A stretch of 64,000 nt of DNA, taken from positions 82,398,001 through 82,462,000 of the forward strand of contig OX597831.1 in NCBI GenBank assembly GCA_951406725.2, in the 5' to 3' direction. The DNA comes from Octopus vulgaris (lineage: Eukaryota). The notes beneath the pieces are model-generated. The model was not told the origin of the DNA. It ran no database searches and worked only from the letters and a program-made list of their open reading frames with translations. Of the stretch, positions 40,928 to 54,425 are shown in pieces. A program made the position numbers and the translations under genes. Position 1 is the first letter of the stretch, and each line of letters starts with the position of its first letter.

Positions 40928-41038
40928 TAATTTAGAGATTGCATTAGTCTTACTGGCAACACGATTCAAGTGTTACTGGTTTTAAACCAGTAACACTTGA
41001 ATCGTGTTGCCAGTAAGACTAATGCAATCTCTAAATTA
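40928..41038. repeat. Perfect 111-bp palindrome (55-bp arms, 1-nt centre)
   Basis: taatttagagattgcattagtcttactggcaacacgattcaagtgttactggttt, then t (40983), then its exact reverse complement. Confidence 0.97.
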
Positions 41039-43770
41039 TTCCTGTAATTTTGGTTATTTTGCAAGGTTCAGTGTTTCTACATTTTAAAAGAAGTGGAGAA
41101 GTTTGATAATGGTTAGGAGATTTAGCTGCTATTTTTAGAACATTGATCAACTACATAGAGGCTCTGTCATTTATTATTAGCAATTTGTATAACTTACACA
41201 GTTGTAGCCACACACCAAACTGAAGTTGTCCTAAAGTATTATCCTGTAAAGGACAACCAGTATACCATGGGGCATACAACACTGAGAGGAATAATGCTGG
41301 ATATACAAGGCAGACGCACAACAGCAGATATTCAAAACCAGGGGCAGCTCAGTACTGCAGCACCCCTTATTTCCACTCGATATTATCAATAACATTCAAT
41401 ATAACGAGTCCTTTTTTTTCTTTAATTCTTTCTTTATACTTCTACATTATACAATCTTTAAGCTTAATGTCAGTAGCCATCCACTAGTTTATGAAATAAA
41501 ATACAAAAACCCTTCTATAGAACTGTGTGCTTCTCAGTTCCAGTGACGTGGTGTTTGGTTGTTGTGTGCATGCTCACATGTCCGAGATAGGAAGCTTCAC
41601 ATTAAGGAGAGAGAGAGAGAGACAATACTGTGTGGAACGACAGTGCCGGCCCTAGTGTTCCAGTGAAAGGAAATGTTTCTTTTTGACTCCACATGTGTTG
41701 TGCTTAAAAACGTGTTTATATTCTTGAATGTGATAAAGTGTAGGATTAGATTATTATCCTGCTTCCAGCTTCAGTGTTGCTCCCAAGATTTGAAAATTAG
41801 GGCACAGTTCCCCATTTTATTTTGTGATTTAGGGAGGACTTTTGAAAAACAAGGGGGAATTTATGGCAGTGTTCAGTGAACAAATTAAACACACTTCTCG
41901 GCAATGGCTAAAACGTGAATTGATCAAGTCTATGTATAAATTTTCTTTTAATCTGTTTGTTTCCTTTTACGCAATATTAAAACAATGGCTGAAAATTTTC
42001 TGAAGCAGGACCCCAACTAATTTTATCTATGAGCTGCCACTGTTCAAGACACAGACAAGTATAACATGATGATTTCCCTAAACTCCTTTCCTACAATTTA
42101 GTTCATCAATACTTTTACATTTGTTTTTTCCTATACTGCTATGGTTTGGATCGATCAACATGGTCTGAGTCAGTTCTTATCAGGAGTACCTGCTCTTCAA
42201 GCTGGAATATAGACCCACATCTCAGTTTTCAGCATGCTTTCTACAGCTGAAAGCCCTTCTCAACATTAACCACCCTACAGGGTGTACTGGGTGTATTTTA
42301 TCGTTGTACCTGTACCACAGGGGTTATTTTATCATTAGAAAAACAAAAGAGTCCTCGAATGTAATTAAGATTAAGAAGTCTTTGCCTTAACCAATTACAA
42401 CTTCCCTAAACAAAAGTTAGCATGTACGAGGCTTGATTTAATGAGAAATTCCATAATTTAATCTTTTAGTGAGAGTGGGAGGTAGGGTCCATGATATTTC
42501 CAGGGCCTCTGAAGGTAGTGGGAGAGAGATAACTATGTATTCTTAAATTGGATGGTTGGCCTGAATGCTTGCAACCAAGCATCTTCCTTCAAAGCTATCC
42601 AAGGACCTGATGTGAAACAGAGTGGCACCTCATGTCTACCACTGAGGTAAGGCATGAGAAGATTTGAACTCAAAATGAAAAGGGCTGAAACAAATACAAG
42701 GGTTTCAGTTCAATCTCCTTGCAGTTCTGCAAGTACCAACCAATCTACCAGCATCAGGATTGGTCGGTACCTTATTAACCTTGGGGCAAAGTTGACCTTG
42801 GTAGAATTTAACTTAGATGGCACCTATTAAGATTAAAGGTCATGTTATATAGAAAAGTACATTGAAGTACAACAGGTTTAAGCCTTACTAATAAACCAAT
42901 TGTATTGTGCCGTCTTGTAAACATGGCATATAACTTTAATTGCCTCAGTTTGTGTGGATGACAAACCAGCTTCTACTCTGTACTGTTAGGTTTATTACTA
43001 AAATGACTACATTAACTGTTAAAGAACAAATTAATGCAACACATTAAAAAGATGATTCTAAAAATCTATGTTAGCATATAAAAGGCTTGTTGTATGTTAA
43101 TCTGCAAAATATTCAACCATATCCAGTTCTTTTATGTTAGCATAAAGAAATAACTATCACCAGAAATACGGGGAGGATAATGAAAAGGGAATTGAAATAA
43201 AGAGGGAGTCTTGGAGTCTATTTTGAGTTACACTTTGAACTTTTGAATGTTATGCTATTAATTGTAAATTTAATAAAGCGGCAATCTTTCAAACTTGTTT
43301 TTCATTTTACAAACATGAATAAATGAACAAACTTCAGTTTGGTTCCAAGAAATAAAAAATTTTGATGCCTAAAATTCTTTCATCAATATTTCTTTAGTGA
43401 AACTAGAATTCAATCAAATGAAGGATCTTGATATAAATTACTGATTACTAAGTTTGCCTTAGATGAACATATATGTATGTGTATATATATATATATATAT
43501 ATATAATCAATAATAATAAAGGGTAAAATTAATTAATTAATTAATAATTAATAATTCCACCAAGTAGTATTCGGCATGTTAAAAGGACCATTTTCGGTAA
43601 ACTTAAACAGTATTTTTTTATAATTATGAGTATAATTATAATTAAGGTTCAGCAAAAAATTTGCTTAACCACATACCGAACTTTAGAAATAGCAGCCAAA
43701 AAACTTAGCTATTTCTTCTACTATAAGAAGCAACTCCTAGATAACAAATACTCAAAACAACCCACGTAGG

Positions 43771-43810
<40 letters not shown>

Positions 43811-44270
43811 GATTCTTAAACTTGCCTCAAATGATGGGTCATCTTATATATATTGACACAATTACTGTATATTAAGGTTATCTCCATAACCAGTGGTGGA
43901 GTGGGATACACATTTGATATTTAATGATATAAAAAGAAAAATGCTACAGCCATCACTCAAGAGTGAGTGTGACTATAGCAGGTACCTATATAGTGGCAAG
44001 CTCCCGTAGGTACCTGTTTGGTTCAGCCAGTCTTGCCTCAGAGGAACATTGAAGGTGTAACAGTAGCAGGGAGGTGAGGAGGCTGCAATATTACTAGACT
44101 GGTATTCATTCCTTCTGAGTAAATTGGAACAACTGAGTATCAAACACATTGTTCAAGGACACAATGTACCACTCAATCCAGGAATTGAACCAAGAACCTT
44201 ATGACTATGAGCTGAACACCCCAGCCAATGGGCCACCTACCTTCACAGAACTATCAATATTATTACTATA

Positions 44271-44654
44271 TCCCTATATATATAAAGCTGAAGTTGTCTG
44301 TGTGTGGCAAGTTTGGTAGCCTTCAACTAACACTATCTCCTCCGAGACCCTGTGGTGCAAGTTGACCAAAATTGATAGAAGAAGGCTTGTTCTTCCTTTC
44401 GTAGAATAAAAAATTCAAATTGGGCCATGTTAGCACCAAAAATTATTTACATCAAAAAGGTGCTTTTTTTCTCTGAAAATCCCTATTTTTTACGAGTTTT
44501 TGACTGCTGTGTCACCATTTTCCGGTGTATTTCAACCAGAAAAATGTTCACTTAAAGAGAATAACAAGCAACATAATGCAAAATTTTTACTTTTCAAAAA
44601 TTCCAATTCTAAAGAGTCGAAACAAACCCGAGCAATGCCGGGCGATACTGCTAG
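44271..44654 (+). mobile_element. Non-autonomous Helitron (384 bp)
   Basis: 5' A|TCcctatatatataaag, subterminal hairpin cccgagcaatgccggg, 3' CTAG|T. Inserted between A and T with no TSD. Confidence 0.85.
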
Positions 44655-45817
44655 TCTATATTAAAGTTGTTCAGTAAATGAAGAACCATACTAACTACAG
44701 TATCTTATAGAACATCTTGAGATAATTTCTTTGGTGTAAGATGGCTTAGTCTTATTTTCCATTACTACATGCCTCCTCCTCCCCTTCCTCACTGCAACAT
44801 AACCACCGCCACCACCACCACCACCACTATCATCTGCTCTACAACTATGGCATCCTCCTTAGAGCATTGTGTGTTCCACCTTTCCAATTTACATTGTCAA
44901 ATTAGTGACCTGCAACAGACATTGATACAGACAAGGGGAGAAATGTGAGCAGAGTAGTTCTCCACTCCAATACTGACCATCACAACAGGTTCAGACAACA
45001 GTGTTGGTTGTAGTACCTAGGGTAGGGAATACTATTATTAGTGTAAAGGAACACTTGCAGTAGTGTAAAGAATAAAATGGCATAGTGCATATACTAGAGT
45101 ACATGATAGAGTACACAGTATTACAGATAAAAAGTACTGAACACTGCATATGGTATCTAGGGAGTACCTAGTATTAGAGATCCTGGTAGATAGAGTACAC
45201 AATGGAGTTCATGATAGCACAGCTGGCAGATTATAGAGAGTATCACAGGTAATAAAGCAGTTCACAATGTTATTAATGATATTAGAGTACATAACATTAC
45301 AATATTAGAGATGAACTAATTTTGGGACCATTTCTCCCATTTAGTGCGATATCTCCTTGTTCTTAGTGATTTCATTAAATGAGGGGTCACTTTGTCTATC
45401 ATTAGAGGCCTATCCCTATTTAGTGGGATCTTGAGGGTCTCATTTCTTGCTAGGACAAGGAACCTGGTGATAGGATGAAAGGCTGACTTCAGTGAGATTT
45501 GAACTTAGAGTGCAGAGACTTGCAACAATCACTGCAAATTATCCAAGCGAATGTTCAAGCATCTCCGCTCACATTTCCCCGTCTTTTATGTTCTGAAGAC
45601 AATAAGGAATATTTGACAATTAATTTTTTTCAACTTTGACTGACTTTTAAGTTTCCTGATTAAATTGAAGTTTATGACATTAATGATAAATGGTTTGAGT
45701 TAATTACTGGAGACTTGATTTGGTAATTAACTGAATCCCTGCTTAATTAATTAGTAATAAGCTGTGACAAGCTCAGACTATCAGTTTCATCTTCATAAAC
45801 AATGTATAAATCCCAGA

Positions 45818-45925
45818 CACACATATGCAGCCAATTTCCCATGCACACATACACATGCAGCTACCCCCTTCTGCACACACATACACATGCAGCTACCCCC
45901 TTCTGCACACACACACACACACACA
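45818..45925. repeat. Minisatellite (~32-34-bp unit, about 3 copies)
   Basis: cacatacacatgcagctacccccttctgcaca occurs twice exactly, plus a degenerate first copy. Confidence 0.8.
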
Positions 45926-46242
45926 GTCACACCCTATTATACACACATTCAAGCACATAACCACTTGCTTCTACACACACATACACGCAACCACTCCCTA
46001 TCATTCCTATCACTCATCCATCAGATGTCCGTCAATCAACCAGGTCATGCTTAACCTGTTGCTTCGTTAGCTTCTGTTCCATTAATCTTCAATTTAAATA
46101 TATTTCACTTCTAGATACAAAGATGACATTTTGTGTCAGTAGATGGACATAATTTGATTACTGATATCAATTCACTAATTACTGGATTATATAGTTTAAT
46201 TGATTCAGTGATTTGAGCACCAGACATTACTGTGTTTATTCT

Positions 46243-46287
<45 letters not shown>

Positions 46288-46291
46288 TATA

Positions 46292-46522
46292 TTTCTTTAC
46301 TACCCACAAGGAGCTAACCACAGAGTGGATAAACAAGGATAGACAAACAGATTAAGTCGATTACATCGACCCAGTGCATAATTGGTACTTTATTTATCGA
46401 CCCTGAAAGGATGAAAGGCAAAGTGGACCTCAGTGGAATTTGAACTCAGAATGTAGCGGTAGACGAAATGCCGCTAAGCATTTTGCCCGGCGCACTAACG
46501 TTTCTGCCAGCTCGCCGCCTTG
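46292..46522 (-). mobile_element. Full-length young OR1/Meta-like SINE with TSD
   Basis: Reverse strand reads ggcggcgagctggcagaaacgttag...gagttcaaattcc...ctttgcctttcatcctttcagggtcgataaa...gtagtaaagaaa. Direct repeat acacacacacactata on both sides (46276-46291, 46523-46538). Confidence 0.9.
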
Positions 46523-46665
46523 ACACACACACACTATAGTCTAAGACAGAACCAGGACATAAACTGAAGCTCAACTCTGCTGGAAGTTGAACTTGGAATT
46601 GTTGGGTACCAGAATATAAATCAAGCATTTTAAACTGACTTGCTGCTCTGCTCTGTCATTTGCAC

Positions 46666-46768
46666 TCCACCACCAACACTACCACCACCACCAACACTAC
46701 CACCACCACCACCACCACCACCACCACCACCACCAACACTACCACCACCACCACCACCACCACCATCA
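46666..46768. repeat. (ACC)n microsatellite
   Basis: Direct reading. Confidence 0.9.
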
Positions 46769-47523
46769 CATGAATATTCCAGTCCATATTTAATCTGCAG
46801 GTTTCATTCACAGGGGTGATTTGGTTTAACATTCTATGATTGTGATACCAACAGATATTTCTTACCATTTTAGCAAACATTAGAGTTAAAACAGGTCCAA
46901 CTACAAATAAACATTTTGGACATGGGGACAGCATTGTCTCCTTATCTTTTCAAGACATATTGATATGATTTGAGGGATATTTGGATGTTATTTCAAGCGA
47001 ATCATTGAGAATTCTTCATTGTTTAGTGTTGTTATTGTTTTATTATGAAGCCAGAATCATTACCATGTCAGACAAAAAGGTTAGCAATATTTTGCCCATC
47101 TTGACATTCTGAGTTCAAATTCTGGTGAGGTTAATTTTGTCCTCTATCCTTTTGGGGAGGATAAAATAAGTACCAGGGGTTAATATAACTGACTAACCCC
47201 CACCACCACCACCACTCAAATGCCAGACCTTGTGCCTATAGAACAAAGAATTATTGTTTTATTAGACCCCAGTCTTTGTGGATAATGCAGCTCATTACTG
47301 AATTAAAATAGGAGTTGGCAAAAATTGGTAAAATCATTAAAGCATCAGATAAAATGCTTTTACGGCATTTGTTCAGATTCTTTATATTGTAAAATCAATT
47401 ACCACGGAGGTCAATTTTGTCTCTCATCCCTCTTGGATCTATAAAGTACCAGTCAAGTACTGGGGTCAATTTAATCAACTACTCCCCTTCACCAAATTTT
47501 GAACTTGTACCTTCTTTAGAAAC

Positions 47524-47574
<51 letters not shown>

Positions 47575-47591
47575 CATCATTATTATTATTA
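47524..47591. repeat. (TAT)n microsatellite
   Basis: Direct reading. Confidence 0.95.
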
Positions 47592-50500
47592 TGGTTAGTC
47601 TCTTCTGGAGGATTTTCAGGCCAGGGATTAGAGCAGATAATTTCTGAATATATTCTACTCTGGCAGTACTATCAAGGGGTACTATTAGGGCAGATAAACT
47701 CACCAGGCAGGGAAGTGTTGCTACTGGGGAGACTGTCTGGGTTGCATCCAAAGCTACAAAACAGGGCTGCCTGCCCTCATGCAGTGTCCGAGTGTTGCTG
47801 AGTTGTAGAGTTATTATGAACAGCTGTTGTTGCATGTCTGATGGATCCAACAACCAGCTGAGTCCATCTTTATAATCAAGGTGATCAATAGGACTCCTTG
47901 ATTGACTGTGATTAGAAGCTCCTCCTGTATCAGGAAGTCTGCATTAGCCCTGTATTCACATATTTTGTATACTGTGTTATATATTTCCATCTCATTTCTC
48001 CTCACTTGGTTTTATGCAACCCTACCGGCCAAACACACACTGCTAGTAATTTTCTTGTACAGTCTCACCCTCTTGCCACCTCATCTGGGAATAGAATCAG
48101 TCTTTACAAACTCTACACCCACAGCAATATGCAATACGCTCCTCACTAGAAATCAATAATAATTACATGAAGAGAATAAATAGATGTGATATTATCAAGT
48201 CCGAGATTGAATTAATTACCAGTTTTTAATTAAAATGTTCATAATGTGTTAAATCACAATTTTTGACAAATCTAATGAATATTAAATAAGTATTAATTAT
48301 TGAGTAGATTTTAAAAATTTTGAAACAAGAAAAAAAAAAATTAAATCTATTTTGAAATTAGGTTTAACAATGAGGAAATATTTCTGATAAACCCAAGATT
48401 TTTGTAATAATTATTTCTATGTATATTTTGTAACTATTTGAACATGGAGGAAATATTCTAGAAACATTTTTATTGATAACTTTCTTTGGTAGACAAGAGT
48501 TAACTAGTTTGTTTCTTTAGAAAAAAACCCAAAACAACTGAAAACCCTGAAAGTATAAGATGTAGTGGATGATTCTCTGACCATTATTTGCAGCTGCTTC
48601 AATTTGGTTCAAGTTCTGAAGAGATTACTCATGCTACTCCAAGATATTCCACATGATTTTAACTCGATACTCCATAATATTCACTCATTAACAGCAGCTT
48701 AAAACTTAACATTTTATGTCAGTTAATAATTAATGCACTTATAATGGGAGACAGGACTTGATTTGGGTCTAAATTACAGCAAATTGGTTCTCCAATTTGG
48801 AACGAGTGCATAGAAATCTTTTTAATTCGGTATTCATCATCACAGCACCACTACCAACAACATCACTGTTGTTGTCACCACCTCCGCCGCTGCCACCATC
48901 ATCACCATCAGAGAGACTGAGGCAGAAGATGGAGGAATTTAATGAGTGCAGTGAGATCAATGAAGGAAAGAGAGGCTGGAGGGTAGCAGGGAGGTAGAGG
49001 GAAGAGGGAAAGCATTCCAGAAGGGAAGAGAGGGGTAGGAAGAAAAGCTAGAGGGCACCCTAGAGACAGGAGGTGTTGGGTGGCGTAGTGGGAGGGAGTG
49101 TGTTGGTTGGTAATAGATTAGGATCAATATAACACATGAGAAGGTGGTGGCGGTGGGGCTGGGGAAGTGATGGAACTTTTGGAAGGGTGTGAGTGTGAGG
49201 ATAGAAAAGCGAGGTGGGAGATGAGTTTGATGGGAAACCCATACATCTATATCAATAGAAATATCACTTCCTCATGTGTTAAGGTGGATGTTGTTTATAA
49301 CAAATGTAATGTTTGTGTGTGTATAATACACCTACTCTTTATGCATACATAAATGATGATGATGATGGTGATGGTGACATCTATATGTAACTACTTGTCC
49401 TCCACCCAGCAAATTTTTCCTCCAGCCACTGATTTGCAGCTATTTAAGAAGAGCTAAATGGGTCTCTGAGGGTGAAGACGAAGGGAACATCCCTGTCCCT
49501 TTGGACCAATTCAATAATATATAAACAGGTAAAAGCTATCTTGATGTATCAACCAGGTAATATGAGTAGCTGTGGAGGTGTTAGCCATGGTGTTAATGAC
49601 AATTTCAGTAAGAAATGTAGAAGTGAGGATGTTTTCTTTCCTAACAGGGAAATACCATCTGCAGACTGAAGAAACAACAACAACAGAAGCATTTCAGAAC
49701 TGCCTGAATATTGAATTGTTTTGAGAGAAGTCAATAAATTAGATATTGTGGTGTTGGTGGTGGGCATTGAAATAGGAATTTGGAAAAAAAATCAATGGTC
49801 TTTTAAAATGACAGTGTGGAGGGAAAACACACACAATAAAATAGCTGAAAGCACTGAGTATCTTCAAATGACATTTTCATTACAGCAAAATTATTCTTTC
49901 AGAAATGGTTTTTTATGTAAACTGATTGCCAGATTAAGATAAATAAGACCTATGGTCTCCAGTGAAAACCTTACTATTGCAGCCATTATTATCATGACAA
50001 GGTAGATAATCCTGTTTACCTCAGTTTACCTGGCTGACAATGAAGCTCCAGCTCAACTTCATCATTGATGGATTAATAGGTAGATAATGGCGGTGATGGT
50101 GGGGTAATTAGTGGGGAAATAAACCAGATAACAATCCCTGTAAAATGTCCAGATTTATCTTCACAGAAGAAACATTGACAGAGGAAAGTAGAAACTCCTT
50201 GTTGAAAGTATCGAACTTTTTAGCACCAGTGATAATAATAATAATAATAATAATAATTGATCATTTATTGTTGTAATTAATAAAAGAGAAGGAATGTGAT
50301 GATAATTAATGTGGCTTGTTAGATTGAAAAGTGGTAAACAAAGAAAGTGAGAAAATAGTAAAAGAGCAGGGCCAAACTCCAAACAGGAATTAATCTGGAA
50401 TTGCGTTAATGTTATCATCCCAATTGTAATAGGAGTATTAGCAACAACTGCAAGAAATGTTGATTAAGGACGTTGGATAACGAGATGAATTTTCTGATTC

Positions 50501-51784
50501 TATAAGAAACCTGTTTGCCTGGCCCAAGGACAGTATAAGAGTGCAAAATACCTGAGGTTGTAGGATACACCTTGATAGCCAGTGGTCTAACAGTGTCAAA
50601 TGCCAGTTTGGGTGGCTAACTATTAAGTCCTTGTCCTGTAGTTACCTGCAAGGAGGTGAATGTCAGTGGTACCCCACCTGACACAAATTACCCTCAGCCA
50701 GGTTGATTTACTTCCTAACCAGTGGTGTTCTAACTCTTTCAGTAACTTTCATAACTTGTTCCATCAATCTGATGTTGCAAGAAGATGACATTGCTGTACC
50801 AGTTATTAACTGGGACACTTCCCTAATTGAACACCTAACTGACAACAATATGATGACCAACATCCCAGCAATTATCTTTGATGGTCCACCTCACTTATTG
50901 ACCTTCATTTCTTTCCTTATTCCAGTGACACAGTGACACAGCTGTCATCTCCAACGTTTCTCTCTCTGTTGAATTTACTTTCCCTTCGCTCTCTCTCTCT
51001 CTCTCTCTCTATTTATCTCTCTCGTGCATTTTCCCCATTCAGTTACCTCTTATAGTAATACTTTTATGCCTCTTTCTACTGACAGTGAGCACAAGTGCGC
51101 CACCATCCTTCTGTGAGCATGTCTCCCCATTAACATAATATCAAAACTGTCTCCACCAAAACATGTTCTTTAAGATAGAAGCAGACACCAGTTCTCTTTG
51201 GCTCTTTGTTGTTGTTGTTGTTTCATTCAAGTGTTGTAAAGAACCCAGCACTGTTCGATAGAAATCTAAACAAAAGAAATAAAACTGAATCTCTTCAACA
51301 TTATTGCCATCTTCATTATCATCACCATTGTGTTATTGTTGGCATCATCATCATCATCATCATCATCATCATTAGCATCATTAGCATCATTACTGCTATC
51401 ATCACTACCAATAGAAACTGCTGCATGGTCACCTGACCTGCAAGAAATAGTTAACCCCTAATCAGAGTACCCTACTATTTTGAAAAAGAGAGACATTGTG
51501 TGTTGTAGTCCTAGATACACAATACCTGAGAAAATGACAGGATGGTGATGGCTGGAACACCTTTATCCCCATCAGAGCAACACACATTTCTCTCATTTAT
51601 TAATTATTTTAAAACAACTAATTGCAAACTAAAATCTATGAAAACAATACAAAAAACAACTCATAAAAGTGGACCAAAAAATATCTAATCGGATATTGTA
51701 AATTATGATTGGGAATTAGTGTTTATAAATACATTTGATAATGGAGATTAAATAGCATATAAATGTATAAAAAATATGTACAAC

Positions 51785-51825
51785 ATGAACATGATATATA
51801 TATATATATATAAATATATGGAACA

Positions 51826-51862
<37 letters not shown>

Positions 51863-51871
51863 TATGGAACA

Positions 51872-51957
<86 letters not shown>

Positions 51958-52010
51958 TATAGAACAGGATATATATAAAATATATATATACCAAATACAT
52001 GATAAATATA
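51785..52010. repeat. Compound (TA)n repeat punctuated by aaatatatggaacatga units
   Basis: Higher-order unit seen 3-4 times with variable (TA)n length. Confidence 0.85.
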
Positions 52011-52300
52011 TAAAAATATGTGAAGTAACAGAAAATGCTCAAATTTGGTTTAGTTTCTAAAAGCACTCTTAGAAAGAAACAGACATATAATCCTGATGTA
52101 ATCATAATGAGAGAGAGGAGATGGGTATAAATCCCCCCCCACCACCACCAGCCTTATACTATAATCACAGCAAGAGGTGGGGTGTACAACTCACCCACCC
52201 TCCCCACATTGTAAGTCAAGAGTAGTCTTCCTGTATTTTTAATTAGCTGCCTGAAAAGCTTATCAAATCAATAAATAATATATACTCTGTGTGGCTATCT

Positions 52301-52333
<33 letters not shown>

Positions 52334-52724
52334 CACACATATGTATGTACACATGTGCACACACACACACACCCACTGGTACGTATGTGTATATACATGT
52401 ATCATATTAAGAGTTAGTGAACTGAAAATTATCTTATCCAATTAAATGATTGAAATAACAACAAAAATAATACTAAGCTAGTGATAGAAGCAAAGGTTAA
52501 CGAACGCAACATCAGTCAACATTGATAGTTTTAAGAAGCTACTTGACCTGCTCCAGATTGGAAGTGAAATCTCCCCCAAGCAAAACTCCAATATTTTATA
52601 GAAGCCAGATGCAATAATACCAGTTAAGCTCTTCTCTCATTCACTCATTGTAATACCATGAACATTAGAACAGGACTTTCTTTCTCTCTTTTATTTCTGG
52701 GGTTGTCACAAGATAAAACATATG

Positions 52725-53648
52725 CACGTGCTGGCATCAAAAAGTTCTCAGACTAGTTCTGTCATGTGCCAACAGATGGCAGCTCTCCGTTGCATGTGCA
52801 GTGACCTTGATGAGGCTGAGTGTGCTGAGTGACATTGTTGTGTTTACTTTGCAAGTTGTGAATTTTGTGTTTTGGGGATCCCGTGTGTGTCTGCCGTAGT
52901 CTGGCTCTTTGTTCTTGTCCATGACAAAATCACAAAGTGAAATTTTGAGTTAAACTTGGGAAATCTTCTATGGAGACATTGAGCATGTTTCAGCAAGCTT
53001 ACAGTGATGAGACAATGGGGGTTGCTCACGATGTTTCGAGAGGCACAGGGGCTTCAAAAGCAGAAGAATGTTCCTGGAAGACAATGAGCAATCTGGAAGA
53101 ACTGCCACAAGGTGTCACTCCCCACCCCGGATATGGGGTATTGTGCATTGAAAATTCCTTCCCCAAGGCCAGACCATCAATCAAGAGTTCTATTGGGATG
53201 TTTTGAAGCATTTGAAGAAAGACATTTGGTGAAAGTGACCAGATCTGTGGAGTGCAAAGAACCGAATCCTTCATGATACCAGTGCCCCCTATCACTGAGC
53301 TTCCTTCACTTGTGAGGATTTTTTTTCTTTTTGCCAAAAACAGTGTCGCTTCCACCCCTGCCCCATTCACCATATTTAGCACCTGAGGACTTCCATCTTT
53401 TCCCCAAGATGAAAAGGCAGCTCAAAGCTCACCATTTTAACATCATGGTCAAGATCCAGTGTGAATCACAGAACTTGCTTACGGAAAACGACTTCCAGGC
53501 CCCGGATTCCAAAAGTGGCAGGAATGCAGGGGCTGGGGTATTGCTGCACAGCGTGACTATTTTGAAGGAGATGATGTTACAACTTGGGTAAATGAGTTAT
53601 TTTTTATTAAAAATAACTTGTCTGGGAACCTTTAGACGTCACCTTGTA
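52725..53648 (+). mobile_element. Internally deleted, decayed Tc1/mariner (mariner-type) transposon
   Basis: HTH-like KLGKSSMETLSMFQQAYSDE near 52950 and PLPHSPYLAPEDFHLFPKMKRQLK (YSPDLAPxD motif) in ORF 53331. Imperfect TIRs caaaaagttctcagactag and cttgtctgggaacctttag...cttgta. Confidence 0.88.
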
Positions 53649-54380
53649 ATATGTAGCTGAAGATGTGTCTTTATGGACCAATATAGTTGTAGTTCCTTTG
53701 CCAGAAGGCCAAATAGCTTTCTCCCATTCCTCTCTTGTACTTGGACACCAATCTATTTTTGGTAACAGCTGCTACCTATTCTCATAAAGTAGATGAGCTA
53801 AGTCATGTAGAATGAAATGTTCTGTCCTGCCATATAAACTCCTATGATGATTTTCAGGTGGAGAATCTATAAAGCAGGCATCTAATGGCCAAGGTCGATC
53901 TACTCAGTCTATCAGGTTTTCAAAGTAAGAGGAAAACATTGAAAATATTTCGCCTTCACACTGCATAGCTTGATCAGGTCAGTCTGGTGGATTCCATTAT
54001 TTCTTTTTACCAATATTCATGACAAATAATTGAATTTAAAATTTTGAGATATGTTAAGTACAGTGCTGTGGCACTTTCCACATCCATGGTAACTATTTGC
54101 AGCCACATGGCCTGAACCAGTTCAAATGAAGTGTGTTTGCCAGTAAAATTAGAAATGAACTGGCAAACCTTTGGCTGCTAAGTTTGTGCTAATACAATTA
54201 ATATAAGAAATAAAATGATTTTAACTAATGAAGGCTCACTTCCCCTCTCCCACCCCATTGTGATAAAAAGGGAGAAACATAAGTTGAAATTATAAAAAAG
54301 AGCAAAACAGGTAAGGGAAATAACTCTAAAATCTAAATTAAGCATGCTGTGAGAGGAAGATCTTTAGCAAGTAAGGTCAT

Positions 54381-54425
54381 AACTCTAGACATGTTTTGAT
54401 CTTATTTAACCTCATCAGCAGACCT
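54381..54425 (-). ncRNA. Decayed minimal type-I hammerhead-like motif
   Basis: Reverse strand: tctg CTGATGA ggtt-aaataa-gatc AAAA catGTC taga. GAAA appears as AAAA. Palindromic acatgt stem III, GUC cleavage triplet, tctg/taga stem I. Confidence 0.45.

Noticed and set aside
45340-45420. Candidate upstream CASK L27 exon (VTPHLM on the minus strand)
   Set aside because: No donor site after the motif and no further similarity to CASK.
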